From Takakia lepidozioides (Eukaryota > Plantae > Bryophyta), in assembly GCA_030704615.1 (NCBI GenBank), contig CM060734.1:38068001-38132000 (forward strand): DNA of 64,000 nucleotides, written 5' to 3'. The stretch's first letter is position 1; each line of letters opens with the position of its first letter. This document shows, piece by piece, positions 47,817 through 60,060 of this stretch. The notes beneath the pieces were generated by a model. The model ran no database searches. It was given only the letters and a program-made list of their open reading frames with translations, and was not told the origin of the DNA. A program made the translations under genes and the position numbers.

Positions 47817-48172
47817 GGCCCCTTCGCCATTACAGTTGATTTCGAATCTCCCCTCCGAGCTGATCTGAAGCCTTCCGGCTAGAGGGTAGTACGGGACAAG
47901 TATCTTGGAAAGCGCATCTCTTATCGTTTTTGCTAGATTGTCATGGTTTTTGGTAGGATTGGCACGATACAAGTAAATAGTGTGTTGATCACTTGGAGCT
48001 TCGCAATTGATTAGGATGGTACCCTTGCTTTTTGGCAGTATTTTTGTCTGAAATGGAGGCCAGAACGTCAATGAGTCTCTTCAAATGTGGATGTGTAAGA
48101 TGTTTTGGAAGCTAATTTCGAATAACCTCAAAACGGAAGTTACGGGGTTAGATACTTCGGACCTGTTGTCGC
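47817..48172 (-). pseudogene. 5' fragment of the BAHD gene (5' flank plus part of exon 1)
   Basis: Near-identical to ~59265-59710 ([56 protein letters not shown]). ATG is mutated to AAG and there is a ~90-bp internal deletion. Confidence 0.92.
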
Positions 48173-49887
48173 TTCGCGGGGTGCCCGTGAGATCTGAGCT
48201 GCCTATAAGATCTAAGCCTATTGTTACACCTAGTGCTTTGAAGGAAAAGTACACTGGTGATTTTGCTGATTACTCTGAGGCTCAATTGGCCAATCTGTTG
48301 AAAAGTTTTCAGCTGCTAAGTTGGAAGTGGCTCTTGAAGAAGACAATAAGCATTAATTTGGTGGACAACTTTGTGGATAATTCTGTCTCTCATTCTATTG
48401 GCCAACAGTATACCAATTGTGTAGTTGTGATTGTTTTGGATAAAGACACCTTGAAGACATTGTTCAGCGGAGGGGCAGTTTAGGGTTGAGTGGACCAAAA
48501 ACGGCATATCCTGCTCCATAAAAGTCCATGACCAAAAAAATAAAGTTGAGAATAATATCCCAAAATATGTTTTTAGTGATAGATAATGGTATACTAAACA
48601 TATTTAGTAAAGAGTCCTATCCCAAATATTAAATATATAAATTCATTAAATATTTTAGCCTATTATTTAGAGAAATTATGAAAAACTAAAAATTAGAGTT
48701 TACAAAAAAAAATCAATATGACACCTAGCCATTGAAGATTATAGGTTTTTATCTTCTAGAAGAAAAAATGACACCCAAAATCCAATAAACAAGATGAACT
48801 ATGGACTTTTCAAAAAACGCCTATTTGTTTTACATATATAAGTCCATATGAGTCAAATGACAAATGATTTTGTCACTTCAAACCCATATCTATGATGTGG
48901 ACCAAAATGGCCACCTTCTGTCCAAATTTGAATGGAATTCACCAATGGCACATAGGAGAACTCCCTATTTCAAAGAGTATATGGTGGGGGTGGGATAGTG
49001 CGCTGCTGCGAGGCTTTTTCAGTATGTTAAGGGTTTTGAGTGTTTATGAGCCGCGTGTCATACTGTCATTGGAAAGGCAAAGCAAAACAGCGCATTATGA
49101 CCGTAATCTGCACTTAGGGTGCATGTGCAGGCTATCGTGGACAGGGGAATTTAGTGAATATATTAGTCTGTTAAATGGCGTAATACACACCCAAAATCCT
49201 TAACATAGACTGCCCATCAGATTACCTGCTGGTTATGATTGTTACGTAGACTGCATGTCAGATTATGTACCTACTGATTTTTTTATTTATGTTTTTTTTA
49301 AGGTGAAAGGGGAGGAAGCCCTGATTAACTTTATTTGAATTATTGAGACGCTCGATTGCGATGTAGGAGCTATGCAGTTTGCGGTGAGAGAGAGAGCCTC
49401 CAACGGTCTCTTCGTCTCTCCCAAAAGCCCTTCCTGACTATACCTCGACCGCCTAGCCAACCCTTACAATCATCCCAATCAGATTCCTCGACTAGGAAGC
49501 ATAAGCATCCTCAAACTCCACTTTATTCTGGTTTCCCGTAACATATCGGTCACATTTCACCCTCATTTTCAGAACTGTCATCATCACCTCTTCATCCCAT
49601 CTCTCCTTCTTAATTTTCACGCAAGTAAACGACGCTATTCATCCGTATCGGGAATCCAAAAGGCCTGCAGTCGCCGTCAACTTCATGGCACATTATTTCG
49701 TTACTGCCACCTGGTCGGGTCCCCCAGCTGATGAATCTAGCCATCCCGACATCCTTTCCCGCTCCCCCTATCGATCCCACTCAATCTAAGCCCCTCCCGC
49801 ACTCTCATTCCGTCCACCTCCAAGCTCTTCTAAGCACGCCAGCTAAAGCTCACTCTTTTCTTTCTACCTTCTCCCATTCAGCTCAAC

Positions 49888-52712
49888 ATGGGCCCTCTCA
49901 ACGCCTCTCAGATGCGCCGCTCTTCCAATTCTTGGAAACGCCCTCGTCAAGGACCATCCAGAACTCCAGTGATCAGCCGCCCGCAGCCAACCTCGGGTAC
50001 GGGCTTCTTTCTGGCCCACCAGGCGCAGGCTATCCCTCCGCGTCAATCCATCGTCAGGAGACCACCATCCCCCACGCGCTCTTCTCAGATCTCACGACAC
50101 CTAGTTCATGAACGCCAGTCCCAGGATCTCAGTCCAGTGGCAGACACCACTCCCCTGGACGATCACGGCCTCCTCATCATGGAAAATGTGGAGGAACAGG
50201 AGGCTATGGATGGTGAATGGGATCTTATCTCCATGCACGTACCTAACATGCAGAAGAGGGTGGAATCCTTGGAAGAAAGAGGAATCCTTGTGCACTTCCC
50301 TGGAAGAGAGGTCAGTAGAAAATGAGTTCGTGATTGGGCGCTTCGCCACTTGGGAGGGCCAGGAGAGCTCAAACATCATTTTTGCCACGTAAAGGGAAGG
50401 GGCTTCTTTTCGATTGCCTTCGAATCCCAGGCAGTAGTAGCCCAAGCACTCAATTTTAATCCACATCTATTTGGATTCAACATCAACATCTTTCCGTGGT
50501 CATCCAACATGGGCAATCGTAATGGCAAACTATGGGGGCCCAGAATTGTATATGTGCCATTCATACCAGATCAATACCTTTACAACCTCCCAGATATTGC
50601 TAATCACTTTGGTTACTATTTGGGTTGCATCTTAGTGTTTGATCCATTCATGTGCCCAGACAACATCAGGAATGACCCTGCTTGGAGATCCTCCACCATA
50701 TTGCATCAAGACTTAATGATTCAGGAAGTGAAAAATTTGTATTGATGATGCCAAATGAGGCCACTCTCCCGCCCTATGTGAGGCTCCCCATTGATGAGTT
50801 GGGTAATTATTACACCATCAGGCTCATAGAAGAGACATCGTCACATGCATGCTTCAACTGCGGAAATCTGGGTCATATCAAAGCGGAATGCAAGGAAGAA
50901 AAGAAAAGGAGAACTGGATACAAGAACCACTCTCAAACCCCCCCGCATAAGCAGCAGCAAGGCATCACACCGCCGAGGATGGCCTCGAACTTCTCTGGAA
51001 GGAAACAGCCAAGTCAGCAAAGCCAGCCAATGGAGCCAGCCATCTCCAAAGATCCGACAGATCTCCTGCAGGTATATGGTCAAAACGATGTCATAAGGGG
51101 GGGAGGGAGCTCCATTAGCCCATCCGTCCAGGTCAACAAAAAGCTAAGACAAGACTCGGATCCAATGAAGATGGAAGCTGTAGCAAAGAAGGCTTCGTGG
51201 ACCTCTAAAGGAAAATGGATTCCAGCACAGGATGCATTGCCCTCCCCAACTCCGCGACCGGCGGACTCGGGTATCCTCCCCAACGTCCCACCATCAGGAT
51301 CCACAATTCTCACAGGGATTGCTAGCCACTCAACAATAGCAAAAATTTGACAAGCTGACGTGCGTGCCAAATTTGGGAGCGATCCAAATTCATTTGGACC
51401 CAAAACCACAGTTTCTTCCCTGTTTCAAATCCTTTCCCAACCTTTCTCTCCAATGCTCCTCTGAAGTCAACATCGATGATATCCCCAAAGCATCATGCAT
51501 CTCTCCCTTGGTGTTCAGGAAGGGACCCCCAATGTCCCTACTTGTCACAGAAGCAGCATGGGAAGACTATGGATAACGGTCCAGGATGTTCAACACTTCA
51601 TTGCAAATTGTCCTCCCAATACCTGTCCGGAGAATATGCTAAGGAAAAAAATCCAGGAATTCCTTTTGTCCTTCCTTCCGTACTACCACCTAGCTGGCAC
51701 CACAAGAGTATTTTGGCACTCCTTCCTCGAAAACTTCCCAGGACTCAGCTGCAACCCAGTAGTTTACATCTTGGCGTTGATGGAAGAGGCGGACATGTAT
51801 CTGGTACCACCCCCGAATGGAGCAGTTTGGGTCAAGAAGAGCATTCTTTCAGAGCCCAGAGGGGCAAGCAGGCTCAAACCCAGATATAGAGATACGTTGG
51901 CTAATGCCTTCTCTATCCTGGAGGCTATTGTAGAAGCAGACGTCGGTGAGATCAATCACAGAGGGGACCTGCAGAGAACTAGGGATTATCTGTATGGGCC
52001 TCAGACACATCCATCTCCTTCATCACCCTCCAGCGTCTCTGCGGAATCAGGGATACCATCAATGAACATGCAGGACAATTCAAGTTCGGTCTGCAAAAAA
52101 GACGTGTTCGCCAGCCAGCCCCTCTCTGAAGCAATTGAACCTGTGGAAGGGGCACTTAAGGAAGCCACGAAGACACATATGGAGCATGAAGTGGCAGCTG
52201 CGACAGAGGATGTTATTAACTCAATGGGCCAAGTTCTTCTCTCACCCAAACCCTGTTTCATTTATGACATGGATAAGAGGAACCCCAACAAATGTTGGGT
52301 GTTGTGTTGCAATGACTTTGCTGCCAAAAAATATCGCAGGAAAATACCTTGCATCGAGCTGCCTGCCTCTTTTGCTATGCCTTATCTTAATAGTCAACAA
52401 AACAATACCAGCCTCCCTGCCTTCCAGATTGCACTACCCTCCGACTATTTCCGCTCAACTGCCTGTCTCCTCTCCATCTCTGCCATCCACCCACACCATG
52501 GACAGTTCACAAACATTTCTGATCATTCAACCCAAACCTCATCCGTCATTATGATGAATATCAAGAAACTTCTCCCAAATCCCCCTCGGGGATTCCTCTG
52601 GAAAAACTGCCTGTTTCCATCAGACAAAAGGGTCAGATTCTTCTTTGATCCTATGGGGCCATCAAATGAGAGTAATTCTTTAGCCCTAGCTCTTCCTCAT
52701 CATGCTCATTAG
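49888..52712 (+). pseudogene. LINE (L1-clade) ORF1, frameshifted, with a long unexplained C-terminal region
   Basis: KGRGFFSIAF (RRM/DUF4283-like), zinc knuckle CFNCGNLGHIKAEC, then open segments at 51364-51576 and 51495-52712 ending 11 nt into ORF2. Confidence 0.7.
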
Positions 52713-55490
52713 GCTAGACTCTTGGAATTTCCGGGGAATGGGGACGGGCCCAGATTCCCTAAAAAGAGTCAGACTAAGGTCATGGCTCAGCCCGCTGCTG
52801 CAGCAAGATGCCATTGTTGCTATCCAGGAACACAAGCTAGACCCGCAAAAAATTCGGCAACTCAAAGATCAACTATGGCCTACTGGGTTGTCGCTCTGGA
52901 AACCAACCTCCATGGGCTCGAGGGGAGGCACAACAATCCTCCTCTCTCCATCAATCCACGCTCTACTAGTTTCAGAGGCCTCATGGATTCCAGGAAGAGC
53001 TCAATTGTGCAAAAATGCAATTCCCAACAATGCAGGCTCGCTAGGAATAGTCAACATTTACGCTCCCAACAACACCATAGACAGGGCAGATTTCTGGATC
53101 GCCATAGACAGCAAAATGAAATATGCTCCAAACATAGATAGTTGGATATTAATAGGAGACTTCAACATGGTGGAGGATCTTCGCGATCGTAGAGGTCCAT
53201 CACTAGTAAACCCCTCCTCACTAGAGATTGACTCCTGGAACACTCTCACTCCGAACCACAACCTCACAGAAGCCATCACTCAGCCCTATGGAACAAGCCC
53301 TACCCTTCCATCCTTTGCTTGGACCAATAACAGATCCCTCCCTCACCTTCAAATGGCTAGATTGGATAGATTTTATACATCACTCAACCTTGTTCAGTGG
53401 ATTTCTAGAATCCCCCAGATTCCGATCCAACAGGGCTTTGATCATGCTCTGGTATTGTCAACAATCAAGATCCCAAATACTCAATTTAGGGGGAGAGGCT
53501 TGTACAAGCTAAACTCCTCCCTGTTAAAACTAACCTCTTTCAAACAAGGCCTTCTTCAAGCTTGGAATGAAGGGGGTGAAACAGCGACTGACCCATTCTC
53601 CAAGTTCAAAGCTAAACTCAAAGCCGCCTGCAATAAAGCCCAATCCATGAGCAAAAGCTTGGCCCAAGCCCGTTCCCGCAAAATCAAGGCCCTTCGTAAA
53701 TGTCTTTCGGTATGTCAATCTAGAGTAGAATCCACCAGATGTGATGAGCACACATACATGACTTACCTCCAAGCCAAGGAAAACCTAGAGATTCTTCAGT
53801 CTACCCATGAATAAAAACTCAAACTTCAGGCAGGCATAAACTGGTCTACAAAAGGGGAAAAGATGACCAAATATTTCTTCGAAAAATCCAAGCTGCGTAG
53901 AGCCTCTCAAAACATCACCGAACTGATTGACCAGCCTTCGGGTATATCAGCCTCTTCTCCCAAACACATGGCAAGCTTAGCAGGCAAGCACTTTGAATCC
54001 TTATTTAGCAGTTTCTCCGGAGGCCACACTGCAACATCTCCCCATCAAGATCACTGCCTTCAATCCACTCCAACATTGCTCGCCCAAGAGCTAGCTGCCT
54101 CCCTGGAAGGCCCATTCACAGAGATGGAGCTCGGGGGTGCTCTCTCCAAGCTAAATAATGGCAAATCCCCAAGGGCTGGACGGAATGCCAGTGGAGTTTT
54201 AGAAGGCTCTCTGGAAGGATATCTCGAAAGATTTCCTCTCCATCGCGAATCATATCTTCCTGATAGCGCGAATGCCAGCCTCTATGTCTCAAGGAGTGGT
54301 AACACTGCTCTTCAAAAAAGGAGATCGCACTAACATATCTAACTATAGACCTATCACCCTTTTAAACGTAGCCTATAAGATCATTGCCAAAGCTCTAGCT
54401 CTAAGACTACAACCCCTACTTCCTAAATTGATTAGGCCCAACCAGACAAGATTCATAAAAGGTCGCTACATTATGGACAATCTTCTTTTAGCCCAAGAAA
54501 CTCCACACTATGCCCTACAAACCGAGCAAGCTATAGCCTTGCTGCTTCTTGATTTTGAAAAGGCTTTTGATAGGGTAGAATGGTCGTTCTTGCTAGGAAC
54601 CCTAACTTAGGTCGGTCGTCCAGAATCGTTCTACCAGTGGGTTAGCATTCTTCTGCAGAACTCATCTAGTAGGGTCATGATTAATGGCCAGCTCTCAAAA
54701 ACCATTCCCCTTTCAAAGATTTGTCAGGCAAGGCTGCCCCCTACCTCATCTCCTTTTTCTTTTCGTCGCAGATTCCCTGGGATACATGCTAGAAAATAAC
54801 ACAGACATTGTAGGCCTTCAAGTCTCCAATTATCATACCAACCAGCCAGCGCAAGTCAAAGACTCGATGTTTGTGGACGACACTCTTATCATGCTGCAAG
54901 CTTCCTTGGAAAATCTTCACAACACCTCTCAAACACTGGACTCGTTCTGTCAGGCTTCCGGTTTTAAGGTTAATTGGGCCAAGACTTGTGCAATCCTGGC
55001 CGGGGATCTGTCCAGATCCACGATATAGACAGACCCCACCTGGGGATTAAATCTGGGCCTCTCATGGATGAGACCTGGTCAGTCAACGACCTACCTGGGC
55101 TATACTTATGGAGTGAACCTCACAGATGAGCAACGCTTTGCACCCACTCTAGCGAAATTGAAAAAAAAACTCTCCTTTTGGGGTTCGAAACACCTTTCAA
55201 TAACTGGTAGGGTGCTAGCAGTAAATCAGATCCACTCGGCAAGGATTTGGTTCTTCTCATCCTCTTGGAGGCCCAACTCTTCACAAACCAAACAGATCAA
55301 AGCTCTTCTTAGGAATTTTGTTTGGGGAGCACAAAGCAGCTCCTCGAATTGCAAAAGACCACAGGTATCGTGGAAACAGATCTGTCTCCCCAAAAAAATG
55401 GGGGGGCTGGACCTTATAGACCCGAACACGCAAATATCAGCACAACTAGGTAAATGGTTGCATAGATTCTTCGGTCCGGAGGGGGGTTGG
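52702..55490 (+). pseudogene. LINE ORF2 (AP endonuclease + RT), with stops and frameshifts, 3'-truncated
   Basis: SWNFRG, AIQEHK, NIYAPN, GDFN, RLDRFY, FDH; NYRPITLLN, LDFEKAFDRV, RQGCPL, FVDDT, YLG, GGLDL. Confidence 0.93.
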
Positions 55491-55890
55491 TGGAAATCAC
55501 GCCATCCATGGCACCTAGTTCTCGCCCGACTGTTACTGAGGCGGAGGTTACTATGCCATTGGGGAGAGTCAGATTACCAGATGCAAAGAGGTGCATGGTT
55601 GCATCGCCAAAGGCAGCAGCTGCAGCGGCACAGTTGATAAAGTCAGGCACCTCAACCATGACCACAACTTCTGGAAGAGGATCAAGAGAGGAAGTCTACA
55701 ATGCCTCTTCTGGCACTTATGGGCATGTGAAGATGCTTTGTGAGGCAGGCAGACTGAAAGAGGCTCTACTGACTTTAAACCAAGGAGGCATTTGAGCAGA
55801 TTCAGGTACGTATGTCTGTCTCTTGCATAAGTGCATCAAGATGAAGGGCCAAGTGAAGCTAGAAAGCAGGTGCACACTCACATTATCCAT
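55491..55890 (+). pseudogene. PPR protein 5' fragment (transit-peptide-like region plus first repeat)
   Basis: MLCEAGRLKEALLTLNQGGI*ADSGTYVCLLHKCIKMK..(frameshift)KQVHTHII, a typical start of a PLS-class PPR. Confidence 0.7.
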
Positions 55891-56623
55891 CTATCACTGA
55901 TTACAGTGTGTGTCCTTCGCAAGCGAGGGTAGTTCTATCTATCACTGACTACAGTGTGTGTGCCTACATGGCGAGTCATAGGGGTTTTAAATTTTTTCCC
56001 CGACAAATAAACTTAATAAATACCCAAGGAAATATATATATATATATATAGAAGGGAAAAAAATTAAAACCCTTATAGGCCCGAAGGCTGCCATGAGTGT
56101 GCTGATTGTGTTTGAGTATTACAGGTTTTGCGGCAGTGTTTTTTTTTCACTTTTCTAAAATTGCCTCAAAGGCTACATGTAAATTCCACCCATTGCCCAT
56201 GTGGCAGGGTCAGAAAAGTGGCTATATAACAGGTGTCATATTTTAACAGGTCCATGTGGGACAATTCTGGCTCCTGATATTTTTTATTTAACCATGTAAC
56301 GGTTAAATATATGATATTTAACCATTGGCGCTTTCTGGCGAATTTTCTGAGTTTTACTCCCATAATTCCTTAATAAAAGTAGTCGACCAATTTTCCAGGT
56401 CGAAATCTGGCGACCTGTTTTGCAAAACAGATCGCTTGAAGGCCGGCACATGTATCCACATGTATCCGACAATGAATGGTTTGATTATATTGGTGGTGTT
56501 TGTCTAGTGTTGAATGCTCTCCCTGGGACGCTTGACATTTTCAGTGTAGTAACTTGTTTGTGATAGCCCTCACTTCATAGTGCCAATATCAGTTACTAGA
56601 CACATTGACGTCCAGAAGTGCTT

Positions 56624-57069
56624 CAGAATTTTGTGTGGCCTCGTCCTAATGAGGCCGCACTGTGCAGAGTGGACAGGGACCTGACAGTGGGCCCCGCTAC
56701 ATCAAAACGATCCCTATTCCCCTGTTTCTCTTATAGATGAAAAAAACTACAGTTTCGCACGATGGAGGTTGTGGTTGGTGGTAGGGTGATGTTGATGTGG
56801 CGATGCAGGATCTCGGGATCCATTCCCTGAACTAGGCGTTGATCACAACTACCTCCATGGAGGTTAGTATGTAACAACTTTCATGCAGGTAGAGTTTCAG
56901 CTTGGTTTTGCAACTACCTTCGTGTACCTGCATGGAGGTAGTTGTAAATTTCATACGCCAGAAAATCTCCAAGTTGTCGACGCATGAAGGTAGTTTGCTC
57001 CTATATTAATGAGACGGCAGGCCCCATCGTCTGACCAGCCTCATTACGACGAGGCCACACAAAATTCTG
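56624..57069. mobile_element. MITE-like element with ~32-bp TIRs
   Basis: CAGAATTTTGTGTGGCCTCGTCCTAATGAGGC / GCCTCATTACGACGAGGCCACACAAAATTCTG (1 mismatch). No TSD seen. Confidence 0.75.
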
Positions 57070-57844
57070 AGGTTCCAAAAGTCATGGAGCAACAGCCCTA
57101 AATCAAAGTGTGGAACGCCGTAGTCCATATTTGCTCCGAGTCATTGATCAAAAAGCTTGCTGTGACTCATTAATCTCTCAGATGATTGAGAAACACTGAA
57201 CACCCAGAACATTTACACGATCTGCTTCTAAGCACAAGGCCTCCAGATTACGTCCAGCATCAGTGCTGAGTGATGCGATACATCAGCAATCTCGAGGCTT
57301 CCAGGTGTAGAGTGAGATTAGCTATTAAGAGAAACAGCGTCAGTGCTCAAGGCGATTAAGTAGTGGGTGTGAAAGGACAAGGTTCTTGTAAATGCATAAT
57401 AATAAGAATGCAGAAATTGCCGTGTACATTACAGCACTGGAGGCGCAGTACATAGAGAATAAATGCATCCACGCTCTCAAAAGCCATATACGCATACAGG
57501 ACGGTGCATACAGCTCCATCCACCTCACAAAATTGCAAACTAGCCAGCTAATTGCAAACCTCCTTCTGAGACTAGAACTAATTAGATGAGATTATATGAA
57601 ACAACGGCGCTTTGCAAACACCCATCCGATTCAAATGGAATTCTCTTCGAAGTTTTTCCAGCTCTCGGAAGCAGTCCGATCACAACCTTCAAAATCGAAG
57701 GCTCCCGTGAAAAGGGAGTTGACCAGGTGCCCAGGTGCCTTGTACGATCTATCACTGGCGCTTGCGAACAATCAAGCATATTTATACGAAAGTTAAACAG
57801 AAGCAAGGAGCAGGGGGCAGCTATAAGTCCTTGCCGAGACCATC

Positions 57845-59566
57845 TTACAAGCTGCTATGGATTCGATGACGTATCGTCTCTTCAAACTTATCAACAACCC
57901 TCGGAGGCAGTCGTATTGCCTCTTCAAACTTCTCCATAGTTCTCGGTGGCAGTCCTATCATCACCTTCAATTTCTTTCCCCCCTCATTTCCATCTGGCAT
58001 TGTAACTAAAACAATGTCAGGCCGTCGACTGACAGGTCCACAGTAAATTGGCTTTCCCCACCCGAAGTCAGTTTCATAGAACGCCAATCGGGACCAAGAG
58101 GTAATCACAAATGCCTTTGTGATGAAAGATGGCCTCGCCTTCACGAAGTGAAGATAATCTATTGCGGATCTCAAGTATTTGTCTGTCATCAAAGCAATCC
58201 CTTCTTGTATAAGCCCCACTGCATAAGACAGAGGCTTTGATAGGAGCTCATCAACTGTGGTGGTAGCGCAAGCATCATAAACTGAGTTACCAACATAGTT
58301 GGATGGAAGGGGCGGCACAAACTTTGAACGCACATCAACTGACACGAGGAGCCTGGCTGCCTGGGATGGCTCCATTCCAAGTGCCTTGGTGCGTGCGCGC
58401 CAAACATGAGCTGCGAGCGTCTCAAAAATGGAGCACTTGCTCACATAACTACCAGGCTTTGCCAACATTTGTTGTCGTAACTCTATGAGGGCTTCACGGG
58501 TGAAATAGAAAGATTTGAATACAAAATCATCACCCCAGAGATCATCTGATAGATCGCCCAACCCGTCACATTCATGGTGTGGGAAGTCAATCTGAAGTGG
58601 AGATCGTTGGCGAAGGATTGTACGGTCCAAAAATGGAGTGTTCACAGGGGTACTGTCTCCACGCGCTATAGCAGCCCAAGCATTTATGAACTGCATGGCT
58701 GCGGTGCCGTCCACAAACGCATGGTTGACGCCTAGGCCCAAGGCGAACCCACCACACCTGAACCTTGTCACCTGCTCGCATAGATCAACCCAAACTTAGC
58801 TGCTTCTAATTTCAACTTGAGGACTCAGATTACATGCAGTATTGCGCATGTCATACGATGTTGTGACATATGCTACGAAAATTAAATAACTAGTTGGGTC
58901 GTCGTTTATATACTTAGAATCCTCATTTACAGTGCATTGAGGAAAGATGCATTCATATCCAAATCCAGTCAATCAAATTTTCAACTACTTAGGAAGGTTT
59001 AAAAACACCTACAGTGAGCAGGAAGTCTTTTAAATCACTGCATACATACATGGCAACGATATAACAAAATTTTGGCTTCAAAGATGAGTTACCTGGACAA
59101 CCACCGGTGGAGTCACAAGTAGCTGATCCATTTCCTCATGATTCATTGCCCCCTCTGGAACCAAGTAGAGCAGACGCATCAATTCCGGATCAGGCTTGCC
59201 ACACTCGATGTATTTCTCCAAGTCAGCGATGGTGGCATCTGCCTCAGCTTCCACAAACACGGCACCTTCGCCATTACAGTTGATTTCGAATCTCCCCTCC
59301 GAACTGATCTGAAGCCTTCCAGCTAGAGGGTAGTACGGGACAAGTATCTTGGAAAGCGCATCTCTTATCGTTTTTGCTAGATTGTCATAGTTTTTGGTAG
59401 GATTGGCACGATACAAGTAAATAGTGTGTTGTATACAAGCCACGCTCTGATCCAAGTTGCCAAGATACAGCACATGATTTTTGGTAGGCACATCTGGAAC
59501 AACCACAGTAGGGTCTTTCAAGATCACTTGGAGCTTCGAAATTGGCTCAGTTACGACGGTACCCAT
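57845..59566 (-). CDS. BAHD acyltransferase, HHT/ASFT (omega-hydroxypalmitate O-feruloyl transferase)-like; exons 59566-59093 and 58771-57845, 466 aa
   Basis: [19 protein letters not shown], the conserved phase-0 'Q' intron (CAG|GT..CAG|GTG), catalytic HAFVDG, PFLDRTILR, ITSWSRLAFYETDFGWG. Frame intact. Confidence 0.95.
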
Positions 59567-60060
59567 GCTTTTTGGCAGTATTTCTGTTTAAATGGAGGCG
59601 AGAACGTCAATTAGTCTCTTCAAATGTGGATGTGTAGATGTTTTGGAAGCTAAAGTCGACTAACCTCAAAACGGAAGTTACGAGGTTAGATACTTCGGAC
59701 CTGATGTCGCGTCGAAGGCCTTCCTTCCTCCTTCCTCGACGATGAGCTTATATGGCTGTACTCGCTATTGCTTGCTTCTCGACATTCATGCTACAACGCC
59801 AATGAAAACATGATGAGCTGCTGAACTTGCTTCACCGCCACCTCTTCTACATCGCACATGCGGGGAAGAGGCTCGTATTAACCTAACTTCGGTTGGCTCT
59901 CTACCGGCTAGGGTCTGGCGCAAGAAAGCCGCGAGAAAAATGTTGAATCCCGACGTAAAGTAAATTGCCTTGAACCAGTTCCTTACACTTCTAACGCAGG
60001 CTTCCTGGGAACCTAGGTTGGCAGTTGAAACTCCTTGCCTCAGGACCGGTCCCAGAACCC

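Noticed and set aside
59078-59092. BAHD exon 1 ORF ending VTHL*
   Set aside because: Read-through into the conserved Q-intron. The splice donor is at 59092.
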